Positions 1 to 10,008 of a stretch of 64,000 nucleotides of DNA are shown in pieces. A model generated the notes under the pieces. The model saw only the letters and a program-made list of their open reading frames with translations. It searched no databases and had not been told where the DNA came from. Position numbers and translations under genes: made by a program. Source of the DNA: an uncultured beta proteobacterium (GTDB lineage Bacteria > Pseudomonadota > Gammaproteobacteria > Burkholderiales > Burkholderiaceae_B); assembly GCA_903932425.1 (NCBI GenBank), contig CAIZGG010000282.1, positions 4,049 through 68,048 on the forward strand, given 5' to 3'. Position 1 is the first letter of the stretch. Each line of letters opens with the position of its first letter.

Positions 1-887
1 AGCGGCGCACCTGCAATACTGGGTAGCAGTGCAAGAACACTATTCGCGAGTGCGACAAGAGCGACTAACACGACCAACATTGCTGCAATGTTTACGACGA
101 GTCGCACGCCATCGCCAGTACCGGTCGCGATCGCATCCATCGTGCTGCCATAAGTCGAGGTCGCGTGAAAAGCTGTTTGCGCGGCAGTCGGATGTTGCGG
201 AACCATGAGCCGGGCGAGCATGATGACGGCGGGTGCGCTGACGACCGAGGAAATGAGCAGATGGCTCGCAGCATCTGGAACAATCGCGCTTAGCACGCCC
301 GCGTAGATGACAAGCACGGTGCCTGCGATGCATGACATGCCCGAAGCCATCACAACAAAGAGGTCTGAGCGACTGAGTTGCGTAAGATAAGGGCGAATCA
401 GTAGTGGGGCTTCAACCATGCCAACGAAAATATTGGCCGAGACTGCAAAACTTGTTGCGCCATCCATCTTTAAGGTTTTGCCTAGCAGCCATGAAAATGC
501 ACCAACAATTTTTGGCAGGATACGCCAGTGATACAAGAGCGCGGCAAAAGCGCTAATAAATAAGGCGAGCGGCAGCGCCTGAAACGCCAGCACATAGGCT
601 GCACCCGGTTGATTTTCAGTAAAAGGCAAGGGGGCGCCGCCTAGATAACCAAAAACCAGTGAAGTACCTGCCTCGCTGGCCTTTTGCAAGGCAAGGACCC
701 CTTCGTTGATGAGCGCGACAGCGTCTTTGAGTAAAGGCACTTTTAGAAGCGCAAGCGCAAATAAAAACTGTATCGCGATTCCGGTCACGATCAGGCGAAG
801 CTTATTTGCCCGACGATCTTCACTGAAGATGATCGCAAGCGCTGTCAGAGCCAAGATGCCAGTCAAGGGCTGCAGTGTAAGGGGCAC
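1..887 (-). CDS. NupC/CNT-family nucleoside transporter, 3' end runs off the window
   Basis: Absent from the ORF track. Manual minus-strand translation from GTG at 887: MPLTLQPLTGILALTALAIIFSEDRR..AGTSLVFGYL..LAFQALP..ANIFVGMVEAPLLIRPYL..MASGMSCIAGTVL..STMDAIATGTGDG, which are CNT signature motifs. Confidence 0.9.
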   Translation of the reverse strand, partial: MPLTLQPLTGILALTALAIIFSEDRRANKLRLIVTGIAIQFLFALALLKVPLLKDAVALINEGVLALQKASEAGTSLVFGYLGGAPLPFTENQPGAAYVLAFQALPLALFISAFAALLYHWRILPKIVGAFSWLLGKTLKMDGATSFAVSANIFVGMVEAPLLIRPYLTQLSRSDLFVVMASGMSCIAGTVLVIYAGVLSAIVPDAASHLLISSVVSAPAVIMLARLMVPQHPTAAQTAFHATSTYGSTMDAIATGTGDGVRLVVNIAAMLVVLVALVALANSVLALLPSIAGAP

Positions 888-1104
888 GTTCGGATACCTT
901 TGAGTGAGGTCGAAGAAACGATGAAAGCTATAAAAACCACTAGCTCTAAAAGTGCAAAACACATCTATTTTTCGCAGCTTTAAGAAAATTGGTGAAACAC
1001 TAAGGTTTAGTTGCTTAAACTTGACTTGTGGTTGATAGTTAGCCAAAAGTTAAGTTTTTTGCCACTAAACACCGAGTTTTGACGCGACTTCATGCCGCAT
1101 CGTA

Positions 1105-2063
1105 ATGCATAAGGGATTGGACTTGAAAGGTCGCGGATTGAGTCTAATGGCTTTCGCGGTGTCATTTTGCTATTCGGCGTACCTGTACGGGTCAGTGCCG
1201 GCAGTGTTCACCGTGGCGTTGGCGATAGCCGTTTGGTTGCTCTATCGCTTGATCTCTCTGACCGAGGGGCCGCGAAAGGCGCTGGCCTATGGGGTTTTTT
1301 TTATAACGCCGGTGTTGACCTACAGTGGCCAAATTGCCGTGCTGACGGGTTTCGGTGGTGAGGGTGCCTCGTTGCCATGGGTCGGCGTGTCGTTTGTGAC
1401 CGCGGCGCTAGCGTTGCACATCTATCAAAAAAAATTAGATTTTTCGACGCTCTGCTTGAATATTTTGCAGCCCGCTCGCATGGACTCTGGGCCGGTAGCC
1501 TTGTCCAATGCCCCACTCGCACGCTTGCGCGTAAGACGGGTGAAGGTGTATGTCGGCTGGATGGTGCTAGGAGTCTTTTTTTATACCGTTCTGGCGACGG
1601 GGCTGGCGCCTTTCTTAGTGTTGAAAGACTCAACTGAGCCATTAGATATTTTAGTTTTTTCTTTCATCTTTGAACTCTACGTTTACTTTAACTTTAGTGG
1701 CATTACTTTTTTTGTTTTTGGATTTCTGAATTTAGCAGGCGTTCGTACCACTCTTAACTTCAACATGCCGTTTTCTGCTCGTAATGTGATCGATTATTGG
1801 CAACGTTGGCATGTGAGTTTAAGTGGCGTTTTAAAAGATATATTTTTTAAACCCCTCAAGCCTGGCTATTTCATTTGAAGGTGGCTGGGCCATCGCTGGC
1901 TTTGCTACTGCTGGTTGCCCTGTGCGTGGCATTAGAGTTTTTCACAAGACCCGGCCGTCGACGCTATCAATTGCTTCGCCAGAAATGGGCGATGCCGTTG
2001 CTGGTGTTGCTGTCGATTTTTTTAGGGTCGACAGGGCTTGGAGGGGTGTATGGTGCACGTTGA
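1105..2063 (+). pseudogene. MBOAT-family O-acyltransferase (AlgI/DltB-like), split and apparently internally deleted
   Basis: ORF 1105-1878 has YFNFSG..NFNMPF..DYWQRWHVSLS and then stops. The catalytic-His segment is missing. A hydrophobic C-terminal piece continues in another frame (about 1860-2063). Confidence 0.7.
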
Positions 2064-2078
2064 CGATGGAAGAAAGCT

Positions 2079-2711
2079 ATGTTGTTAGCAGGCCTGACAG
2101 TGCTAGTGATTGGTGCAAGCCACTTGGCGAAGCCGACTTACTTGATCAAAACCTTGCATGACGAACTGACCGAACGCGGTGCTCAAGTGCACAGCGTTGG
2201 GGTGTGCGGTGTGATGCCAAGCGAATGGTTAAAGAAGACAACGAGCCGCTGCGGTGGCGCCGAGCGTATTGATAGCGAGCCCATCACCCTATCGATGGCC
2301 AGCGCCGCTCAAACAGTGCCATTTGACAGCTTGCTTGAGGCAAGCAAGCCCGATGTGGTGGTTATTGTCATGGGGGATAATCTTGCAAATTACAAAGCCA
2401 CAAGCTTTTCGCGTGCCGATGTTAAAAAAGAGGTGCTAAGCCTGACGACTCTGCTGGCAAGCAAATCGATTCGCTGCGTCTGGGTCGGCCCAGCTTGGGG
2501 CGAAGACAATAAATTAGCCGGAAAAACGGCAAAGCGTACTCAAGACATTTCGGCTTATCTTGAAACGCAAGTCAAGCCTTGTGACTATGTGAACTCTCTT
2601 GAGATGTCCAAGCCCAGCGAATGGAAAACCACCGACGGACAGCATTTCTTTGCGGAAGGCTACCAAGCCTGGGGGGCCGCCATCGCCAACGAGGTCGAGC
2701 AGTTACCTTGA
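2079..2711 (+). CDS. SGNH/GDSL hydrolase (WssF/BcsX-like polysaccharide acetylation protein)
   Basis: GASH block I, MGDN block, and C-terminal DGQH (DxxH); lies directly after the MBOAT gene. Confidence 0.7.
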   Translation: MLLAGLTVLVIGASHLAKPTYLIKTLHDELTERGAQVHSVGVCGVMPSEWLKKTTSRCGGAERIDSEPITLSMASAAQTVPFDSLLEASKPDVVVIVMGDNLANYKATSFSRADVKKEVLSLTTLLASKSIRCVWVGPAWGEDNKLAGKTAKRTQDISAYLETQVKPCDYVNSLEMSKPSEWKTTDGQHFFAEGYQAWGAAIANEVEQLP

Positions 2712-2897
2712 GGCTTCGCGACCTAAGCCCCGCCGCGTTGGGTTAACTGCTTGGTCGACTGCTCGATTGAATAAGGCGTGGTATGTCACTAAGCGGAAAC
2801 AAGCTTGCGCAGGGTTGACTTATACTAGCAAAAAAGAGTCTGAACGGACTCGCATAATGAAATCGCCAAGCAGCGTTTGGTGAACACGGAGCAAGCT

Positions 2898-5081
2898 ATG
2901 TCTGAAGTCGGTCAAGGCGCAAGCCTGAGCGCCACACGCCCCATCAAAGTAGTTCAGTCGATTTTTGCGGATTTGACTCATTTTTTTGCACCTCGCAGTA
3001 TTGCCATGGTGGGTGCGACTGAAGATCTTTCGAAGTTTGGTGGTCGGTGTATGCGCCAAACCATCGATTTCGGCTTTAAGGGAAACATTTATCCCATCAA
3101 TCCGAAGCGCGAGACGATTTTTGGACAACGCTGTTTTGCCTCGGTTGCTGACCTGCCCGAAGCCCCTGATCATGTGGGTATTGTGTTGCCCGCGCACGCC
3201 GTGCCCGCAGCACTTGAGCAATGCGCTCTGCGAGGGGTGCCTTTTGTGACGATTTTTTCGTCGGGGTTTGGTGAGTTGGGCACCGAGCAGGGGCGGGTCG
3301 CGCAACAGCGCTTGGTTGACATTGCGCGCGCCGGCAATATTCGTCTGATGGGCCCCAATTGCAATGGCATGGTGAATTTCGTGGATGCCTTTGCTTTGAC
3401 TTCTACCGCAACGATTCAAGGCCCGCGTCGCGCTGCCGGAGAGCTTGGCGTTGTCAGTCAGTCGGGTGGTGCCGGACAAGTCAACGTGATGTGGCGAGCT
3501 CAGCAGGCTGGGCTCGGGGTGAGTTATCAGGTCAGCTGCGGTAACGCCTGCGATCTTGATTTGATGGACTACGCAGCCTTTATGCTTGAAAGCCAAGCGA
3601 CCAAGGTCGTTGCCATGCTGGTAGAGAGTCTGTCGGATGGTGAGCGCTTAAGAGCGTTGGCCGAGCGCGCCTATCAATTGAACAAGCCGATCGTCATGGT
3701 GAAAGTCGGACGCACTGAGGTCGGTAGCCGTGCTGCGGCCTCTCACACTGGGTCTATTACCGGCGCGGACGACGTTTTTGACGCTGCGTTACGGCAATTA
3801 GGGATCATTCGTGTAGATGACTGCAACGAACTCTACGAGACGGCGATGCTCTTACGGCAACAGAAGTCTTTTAAAGGTCGGGGCGCCGCGGCAACCTCTA
3901 TATCCGGCGGCAATCTTGTTATGGTGGCGGATTTAGGCGCTGCGCTGGAGATCGAGTGGCCGCAATATCAAACAGAGACGTGCGAGCAATTGGCAGAGTT
4001 ACTTCCGGGTTTTGGTGCGACTGCAAATCCCACCGACCTGACCGCTGCGGCGATTGGTCAACCTGGGGCTTATGCCCGGGCCACCGAGATTATTTTGCAA
4101 GATCCCGCCGTAGATGTGTTGATTCCGGTCATGACGATTGCCAGCGCTGCTGACGTGCGCAGTGTGGCAGAGGTTTCTGCTCGCAGCACCAAGCCGATGG
4201 CGTTGCTCTGGACTGGTTGCACGTCTAACGACCCAACTCTGACGCATCAGGTACTTGTGGCACAGGGGCACGCGGTGTATTCAGACGCGTCACCCTGTCT
4301 GAAAGCTGTGCGGCGCGCCATGCAGTACTCAGAGTTTCGCGCCAGCCGTTTGAGCTCTGCGCCCACTCGGCCGGCGGGCATCGACCGAGAGGCTGCGCGG
4401 TTGTTGCTCAAGCAACAGCGCGGGCCCATGACAGAACAAACCGCCAAACAGTTATTGACTCACTATGGGGTGCGGGTGACGCGCGAATCTTTAGCGACCT
4501 CTGAAGAGATGGCTATGGCGCAGTTGGCAAACATAAAAAGTCCAGTCGCGTTGAAGATCGTGTCGCCTGATATTTTGCATAAAACCGAAGCCCAAGCGAT
4601 TCGTCTGAATCTGAATAGTAAAGAGTCTGTCGCCCAGGCTTATCGCGAAATTATTGCTGCAGCATTGAACTATCGCGCTGACGCAAAAATTGAAGGTGTG
4701 TTGGTGCAAGAGATGGTTGGGCAGTCGCACGAGATGTTTGTTGGCATGGTGCGTGATCCCACTTTTGGCGCCGTGATGACCTTTGGTCTGGGGGGGATTT
4801 ATGTTGAAGTCTTGAAAGACCTGGTGTTTCGGTTGGCGCCGCTCTCTCGAGCTGATATTTTAGAAGCCCTCAATGAACTGCATGCGATGAAGTTATTGCA
4901 AGGAGTACGTGGTCAAACGCCGGCGGATATCGACGCGTTGGTCGATTGTATCGAGCGCGTTTCCTGGTTGGCGGCAGACTGCTCAGACAATATTGCTGAA
5001 ATTGATATCAACCCTTTATGTGTATTGGCGGCGGGGCAAGGTGTTCGAGTCGTCGATGCATTGGTGATCCCCTCATGTTAA
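2898..5081 (+). CDS. ADP-forming acyl-CoA synthetase (acetate--CoA ligase family, fused alpha/beta)
   Basis: CoA-binding N-terminus, GPNC, phospho-His motif AASHTG, ATP-grasp C-terminus (HKTE, VQEM, EIDINPL). ATG at 2898 follows GGAG. Confidence 0.9.
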   Translation: MSEVGQGASLSATRPIKVVQSIFADLTHFFAPRSIAMVGATEDLSKFGGRCMRQTIDFGFKGNIYPINPKRETIFGQRCFASVADLPEAPDHVGIVLPAHAVPAALEQCALRGVPFVTIFSSGFGELGTEQGRVAQQRLVDIARAGNIRLMGPNCNGMVNFVDAFALTSTATIQGPRRAAGELGVVSQSGGAGQVNVMWRAQQAGLGVSYQVSCGNACDLDLMDYAAFMLESQATKVVAMLVESLSDGERLRALAERAYQLNKPIVMVKVGRTEVGSRAAASHTGSITGADDVFDAALRQLGIIRVDDCNELYETAMLLRQQKSFKGRGAAATSISGGNLVMVADLGAALEIEWPQYQTETCEQLAELLPGFGATANPTDLTAAAIGQPGAYARATEIILQDPAVDVLIPVMTIASAADVRSVAEVSARSTKPMALLWTGCTSNDPTLTHQVLVAQGHAVYSDASPCLKAVRRAMQYSEFRASRLSSAPTRPAGIDREAARLLLKQQRGPMTEQTAKQLLTHYGVRVTRESLATSEEMAMAQLANIKSPVALKIVSPDILHKTEAQAIRLNLNSKESVAQAYREIIAAALNYRADAKIEGVLVQEMVGQSHEMFVGMVRDPTFGAVMTFGLGGIYVEVLKDLVFRLAPLSRADILEALNELHAMKLLQGVRGQTPADIDALVDCIERVSWLAADCSDNIAEIDINPLCVLAAGQGVRVVDALVIPSC

Positions 5082-5776
5082 AGATTACGCTAGAAAATAC
5101 TGTACTGACGCTGTCTTTTGATCGCGTGTCAGCCGCGAATGCCCTGAATGTCGAGATATATGAGGCCGTGCATCGGGCGCTTGAAAACGCGGCGACGCAG
5201 GAGGACGTGAAAGTTGTCGTGATTACTGGCGAGGGTACGCGTGCCTTTTGCTCTGGTGCAGATCTGAAAGAGTTTTCAGACCTGGACCCTGTCACGGCGG
5301 CACATCAGCGCTTAAGTTTGCTGATGCGTTGTTTTCTTGAATTAATCGATTTTGCGAAGCCAGTGATTGCTGCCGTTCAGGCTCCGGCAGTCGGGGCAGG
5401 GCTGATGCTTGCAGCCATCTGCGATGAAGTACTGATCGCGGATCACACTTGGGTGTCACTGCCAGAGGTTAAGTTTGATATGCCCACTCCAATCGGTGCG
5501 GTCATCGTGTCGGCTCGTTCGACGCGCTCGGTCTGTCACCGGTTGGTGCAACTTGGCGACAGGCTTACTGCCGCACAATGCTTGGCGGCAGGTTTAGTGG
5601 ATCACGCTGTACCGCTTGCCGATCTGCCTGCGCTATGTGCTCAGCGCGCAAGTGCGCTTGCGCAGATTCCGTCATACGGCTTTGCGGTCAATAAAAAATG
5701 GATGAATCGCGAGGTCAGGCAACAATTGATCGCCGCCGCCGAAGTTGCCGAAGCAGCTCATCAGCGCAGTGATTGA
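5075..5776 (+). CDS. Enoyl-CoA hydratase/isomerase family protein
   Basis: ANAL, AFCSGADL, KPVIAAV, LPEV. ATG at 5075 overlaps the upstream gene end. Confidence 0.88.
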   Translation: MLKITLENTVLTLSFDRVSAANALNVEIYEAVHRALENAATQEDVKVVVITGEGTRAFCSGADLKEFSDLDPVTAAHQRLSLLMRCFLELIDFAKPVIAAVQAPAVGAGLMLAAICDEVLIADHTWVSLPEVKFDMPTPIGAVIVSARSTRSVCHRLVQLGDRLTAAQCLAAGLVDHAVPLADLPALCAQRASALAQIPSYGFAVNKKWMNREVRQQLIAAAEVAEAAHQRSD

Positions 5777-5914
5777 TGAAGAAGAAGCACACACTTGACA
5801 AGTTACTTGCGTGCGAAGGGCGACTGATCCGTAGAACAGTTTTTCTTGATTGAAGTGACGAGCAGAGAATTTTTAAATTTTCGACACGATTATAAAATTA
5901 GAAGAGAAGCAACG

Positions 5915-7057
5915 ATGCAATTAGAGATGACGCCAGAGCTTGCAGAGTTACGTGCGGCCCTACGACGGTTTACGACAGAGGTTCTCGAGCCATTAGCCCT
6001 TGAGATTGATCAGACTGGCGAGGTGCCGGCGAGGGCGTGGGATGTCATGCGCGCGCAGGGTTATCTCGGTATGCGTATGCCAGCACAGTATGGCGGCGGC
6101 GACGTCGATCTGTCGACTTACTGTTTGGCACTTGAAGAGTTCAGTCGCTCGCATCGCGTCTTTACCTTGATGTTAGATGCAACCAGTGGTTTGAATCCGA
6201 TTGCGATTGCAAAGTTTGGGACACCCGTGCAGCAAGAGCAATATCTACATGGTTTGTGTACTGGGCGTCTGTTAGCGTCCTTTGCACTCACTGAGCCCGG
6301 CGCTGGGTCTGATGCTCAAGCGATTTCAACCAAAGCTGAGAAAACTCTGACTGGGTGGCGGCTGAATGGTCGTAAGCATTACATCAGTGGTGCCCATCAG
6401 GCCGATGTTTTGTTGGTGATGGCCGTCAATGACTCAGAGAAGCGTTCTCGCGGCGGGATCTCTGCCTTTTTAGTCGATCAAGGAACCCCAGGTTTAACGG
6501 TGACGCGTGTTGATACAACCATTGGTTCAGACCCGATCAAAATTTGCGAATTAACCTTTGAGGATTGTGAGATCCCGAACTCAGCGGTTCTTGGCGAAGT
6601 GGGGCAAGGTTTCAAAATTGCGATGAGTTCGCTGGTCAGCGGTCGGATGGGCATTGCTTGCTCGTGTATTGGTGCAGCCGATCGTTTGCTTGAGATGTCC
6701 GCCGCCTACGCACGTGAGCGCCATACCTTTGGCAAGCCTTTAGCTGAGCGCCAGGCGATTCAGTGGATGCTGGCAGATTCGGCGACTGAGTTGGCACAGG
6801 CCCGTGCGCTGACGTACGAAACCTTACGCCAGATTGAGGCTGGCCAAGAGGTTGGCTCGGCGGCCAGTATGTGCAAACTCGCGGCCTCTGAAATGGTCGG
6901 GCGTGTGGCAGACCGTGCTGTGCAAATTCATGGTGGTGCCGGTTTAGTGCGAGGTGTACCAGTCGAGCGCTTTTATCGCGACATCCGTCACTATCGAGTG
7001 GGTGAAGGCTCTTCTGAGATTCAGCGCATGCTGATCGCGCGCGAGGTACTGGGATGA
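5915..7057 (+). CDS. Acyl-CoA dehydrogenase
   Basis: FALTEPGAGSD, NGRKHYIS, QIHGGAG, GEGSSEIQR. Confidence 0.93.
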   Translation: MQLEMTPELAELRAALRRFTTEVLEPLALEIDQTGEVPARAWDVMRAQGYLGMRMPAQYGGGDVDLSTYCLALEEFSRSHRVFTLMLDATSGLNPIAIAKFGTPVQQEQYLHGLCTGRLLASFALTEPGAGSDAQAISTKAEKTLTGWRLNGRKHYISGAHQADVLLVMAVNDSEKRSRGGISAFLVDQGTPGLTVTRVDTTIGSDPIKICELTFEDCEIPNSAVLGEVGQGFKIAMSSLVSGRMGIACSCIGAADRLLEMSAAYARERHTFGKPLAERQAIQWMLADSATELAQARALTYETLRQIEAGQEVGSAASMCKLAASEMVGRVADRAVQIHGGAGLVRGVPVERFYRDIRHYRVGEGSSEIQRMLIAREVLG

Positions 7058-8241
7058 CTCGAGTCAATGGATCACGCAGACCACCTCTCAAGGCTGCGAT
7101 TGTGGGTATCGGCGAGAGCACCGTTGGTCGGGTCCCTCATCTCGATGCCCTGGGCCTGCAACGGATGGCCGCCGCCAACGCCTTGGCAGATGCCGGCTTG
7201 ACGTTTGCCGACGTAGATGGCTTGTTAACAACCCCGATCCGTGTCGAGAACTGGGCGATGCCGTGTGGTGTGGTCTCTGAAGGCTTAGGGATACAGGCGC
7301 GCTATTTGGCCACGTTGGATGTTGCAGGCGCCTCGGGTGTGGCGATGGCGCATCATGCCGCGATGGCCGTAGCCTCGGGGCAGTGCGAAACCGTTTTATG
7401 TGTGGCTGGTCAAAACATGTTGTCGTTCCAGTCGCGTGGTGACGCGGTGCAGAAGTTGGCCGATGCGGGCTGGGCGCATCCCGACTTTGAGATGCCGCAT
7501 GGTCCGCTTGTGCCGACCTTGTATGCGCTGGCTGCGCAGCGCCATATGCACGAATACGGCACCACTCACGAGCAATTAGCTCAAGTGGCTGTCACGATGC
7601 GTGAAAATGCCTCCTTGAATCCCTACGCACACAAAAAGGAGTTGATTTCTATCGCGGATGTCATGCAGTCGCGCATGATCACCTCTCCGTTAAGAATGTT
7701 GGATTGTGCGCTAGTGTCAGATGGGGCGGTGGCCTTTATCGTGACCACACCTGAGCGTGCTCGCGACCTGCAGCAAACCCCCGTTAAGCTGTTAGGGCAT
7801 GGGTATGGACATTCGCATACTTATATCGGCGACTATAAAAATGTGACGACGACTGGCGCGGTTCGTTCAGGCCAAGAGGCTTACGCTATGGCGGGTTTGA
7901 CACCGCGCGACATTGATGTGGCCGAGCTTTACGATTGCTTCACAATTACCGTGTTGATTGAGCTAGAGGATCTTGGCTTTTGTGCTAAGGGCGAGGGTGG
8001 ACACTATGTTGCCAGCCAAGGGATTGGTTTAAAGAGCCCGTTGCCCGTGACAACACACGGCGGCCTGTTGTCGGCCGGCCATCCCGGCTTGGCGGGTGGG
8101 ATGTTTCATTTGACAGAAGGGGTACGTCAATTGCGTGGTCAGGCGCAAGCCAGGCAGGTGCCAGACGCGCAAGTTGTGTTGGTGCACGGAAATGGCGGAA
8201 TCATTGGCTTGCACAATACCTTGATCTTAGGAAAAGGCTAA
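7054..8241 (+). CDS. SCP2/Ltp2-type thiolase-superfamily protein lacking the N-terminal acyl-Cys
   Basis: DCALVSDGA, ELYDCFT, THGGLLSAGHP. The usual xCASG motif reads AGASG. Confidence 0.85.
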   Translation: MTRVNGSRRPPLKAAIVGIGESTVGRVPHLDALGLQRMAAANALADAGLTFADVDGLLTTPIRVENWAMPCGVVSEGLGIQARYLATLDVAGASGVAMAHHAAMAVASGQCETVLCVAGQNMLSFQSRGDAVQKLADAGWAHPDFEMPHGPLVPTLYALAAQRHMHEYGTTHEQLAQVAVTMRENASLNPYAHKKELISIADVMQSRMITSPLRMLDCALVSDGAVAFIVTTPERARDLQQTPVKLLGHGYGHSHTYIGDYKNVTTTGAVRSGQEAYAMAGLTPRDIDVAELYDCFTITVLIELEDLGFCAKGEGGHYVASQGIGLKSPLPVTTHGGLLSAGHPGLAGGMFHLTEGVRQLRGQAQARQVPDAQVVLVHGNGGIIGLHNTLILGKG

Positions 8242-8246
8242 TTCAA

Positions 8247-8672
8247 ATGACAACGCCCGTGAATCCGCTAGCCAACAGTCATCAATATTGGGAAAGCCTG
8301 CGTACGCAGGGGTTTTCGTTGCCTCAATGCCAGTCGTGTAAAACTTTTCACTTTTACCTGCGTCCTGCCTGTCCAGTCTGCGCAAGCCTGGACATCAAAG
8401 CCGTTGAGGCCAGCGGCCGAGGCAGTGTCTATAGTTTTTCGATTGTCTATCGCGCCCCAAGCGCAGCCTTTGAGAAAGATGTTCCGTATGTGGTTGCGCT
8501 TGTTGCAACCGATGAAGGCCCTCACTTAATGACTCGACTGATCAACGTCAAACCAGAAGGGGTTGCGATTGGCATGCGTGTTGTGGTGAGCGGTTGGCGC
8601 ACCTGTAATGATCCGGCAGAGCAAGTGTCTGACGGCGTTGCACCGCCTTTGTTTGAACCTGAATCTTCGTAA
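8247..8672 (+). CDS. DUF35 Zn-ribbon/OB-fold protein
   Basis: CQSC..CPVC Zn ribbon followed by the OB fold GxVYSFS..PYVVALV..EGP; adjacent to the thiolase. Confidence 0.9.
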   Translation: MTTPVNPLANSHQYWESLRTQGFSLPQCQSCKTFHFYLRPACPVCASLDIKAVEASGRGSVYSFSIVYRAPSAAFEKDVPYVVALVATDEGPHLMTRLINVKPEGVAIGMRVVVSGWRTCNDPAEQVSDGVAPPLFEPESS

Positions 8673-8683
8673 GGGGTCCGAAT

Positions 8684-9682
8684 ATGAACACATGCCTTTT
8701 TGGTTTTAATGGTCTGAAAAAATATCACCTTGGCTTAACTTGTCTCTTGACTGCAGCAATGGTGATGACCAATGCGTGGGCCGCAGATTATCCAACCCGT
8801 ACGATTACTGTTATCAATCCCTGGACAGCAGGTGGTCCTGCCGACACAGTTGCCCGACCTATTTTGCAAAAGCTCTCTGAGGCGCTTAAACAACCCGTCG
8901 TGCTTGAAAACAAGGCGGGTGCCAATGGTGTAATTGGAGCAAATTATGTGGCACGTGCCACACCCGATGGTTACACCCTGCTGTTTTCGCATGTCGGTCC
9001 GATTACGATTAGCCCTGCGGTGCAAAACGATATGCCCTTTGACTCGGTGCGTGATTTTGCACCGATTACACAGATTGTTTCAGCACCCACGGTGCTGGTG
9101 GTTCGACCCGACTTGCCAATACATAATCTAAAAGAGTTCGTTGAGTACGCGCGTGCGAACCCTGGCAAACTGTCATACGGCTCGGTGGGAACCGGAAGCA
9201 CCACGCACCTTGCCGGTGAGATTTTGGCGACAATGGCAAACGTGAATATGTTGCACGTGCCCTACAAGGGGGCTGCGCCCGTCATGACGGATTTGCTCGG
9301 TGGGCAGATTAATTGCACCTTCTTGAACATTGCGGCCTTGATGCCCTATATCAAAGCTGGCCAGGTTCGTGCGATCGGCGTGAGCACGGTCAAGCGCTCG
9401 CCCTTGTTGCCAGAGTTGCCTGCGATTGCCGAAACCTATCCGGGCTTCGAGGTGAACTCTTGGTACGGCATGATGGCGCCTGCTAAGACGCCTGCAAGTA
9501 TCGTGAATCTTTTACAAAAAGAAGTGGCTAAGATTTTACAAATGCCTGAGATTATTCAGGCAATGCAAGCCTCTGGTTTGGCAACCGAAGGGACGACTCC
9601 AGAGCAGTATGCTGAACAAATTAAACGTGACCTGAGTCGCTGGCAAACTGCAGTGAAACAGGCGGGGATTCCGAAACAGTAG
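8684..9682 (+). CDS. Bug/TctC tripartite tricarboxylate transporter substrate-binding protein
   Basis: Signal peptide, AGGPAD, VLENKAGANG, PDGYTL, HVPYKG. Confidence 0.93.
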   Translation: MNTCLFGFNGLKKYHLGLTCLLTAAMVMTNAWAADYPTRTITVINPWTAGGPADTVARPILQKLSEALKQPVVLENKAGANGVIGANYVARATPDGYTLLFSHVGPITISPAVQNDMPFDSVRDFAPITQIVSAPTVLVVRPDLPIHNLKEFVEYARANPGKLSYGSVGTGSTTHLAGEILATMANVNMLHVPYKGAAPVMTDLLGGQINCTFLNIAALMPYIKAGQVRAIGVSTVKRSPLLPELPAIAETYPGFEVNSWYGMMAPAKTPASIVNLLQKEVAKILQMPEIIQAMQASGLATEGTTPEQYAEQIKRDLSRWQTAVKQAGIPKQ

Positions 9683-9705
9683 CTTTGCGAAAGCGTTCGA
9701 TCACT

Positions 9706-9927
9706 TCACCGTTCAATGACGGCGAGTACTTGGCCTTCGCTTACGCTGTCACCCTCGTTGACGCAAATTTCAACCAGAGTGCCACCGTCTTCAGCGACTA
9801 AGGGGATCTCCATTTTCATTGACTCAATGATCAGTACCGTGTGTTCTTTATCAAGCGCCTGACCGATCGTTGTTTCAATTTTCCAGATTGATCCAGTGAC
9901 TTCTGCTTTTAGTTCGTGCCGACTCAT
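9706..9927 (-). CDS. Stand-alone biotin/lipoyl carrier domain protein
   Basis: About 73 aa with the biotinylation motif IESMKMEIP and C-terminal GDSVSEGQVL. Confidence 0.85.
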   Translation of the reverse strand: MSRHELKAEVTGSIWKIETTIGQALDKEHTVLIIESMKMEIPLVAEDGGTLVEICVNEGDSVSEGQVLAVIER

Positions 9928-10008
9928 GTTTTGGATTCCTGTGTGGCGAGTGCTCAACGCCCCGCTATTATAAAATCAACCCAGATTATGATCTAAAAGG
10001 ATCGTTGT

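Noticed and set aside
2820-3596. 258-aa minus-strand ORF and the many other 60-160-aa overlapping ORFs
   Set aside because: They are antisense or out-of-frame shadows of well-supported genes and show no motifs.
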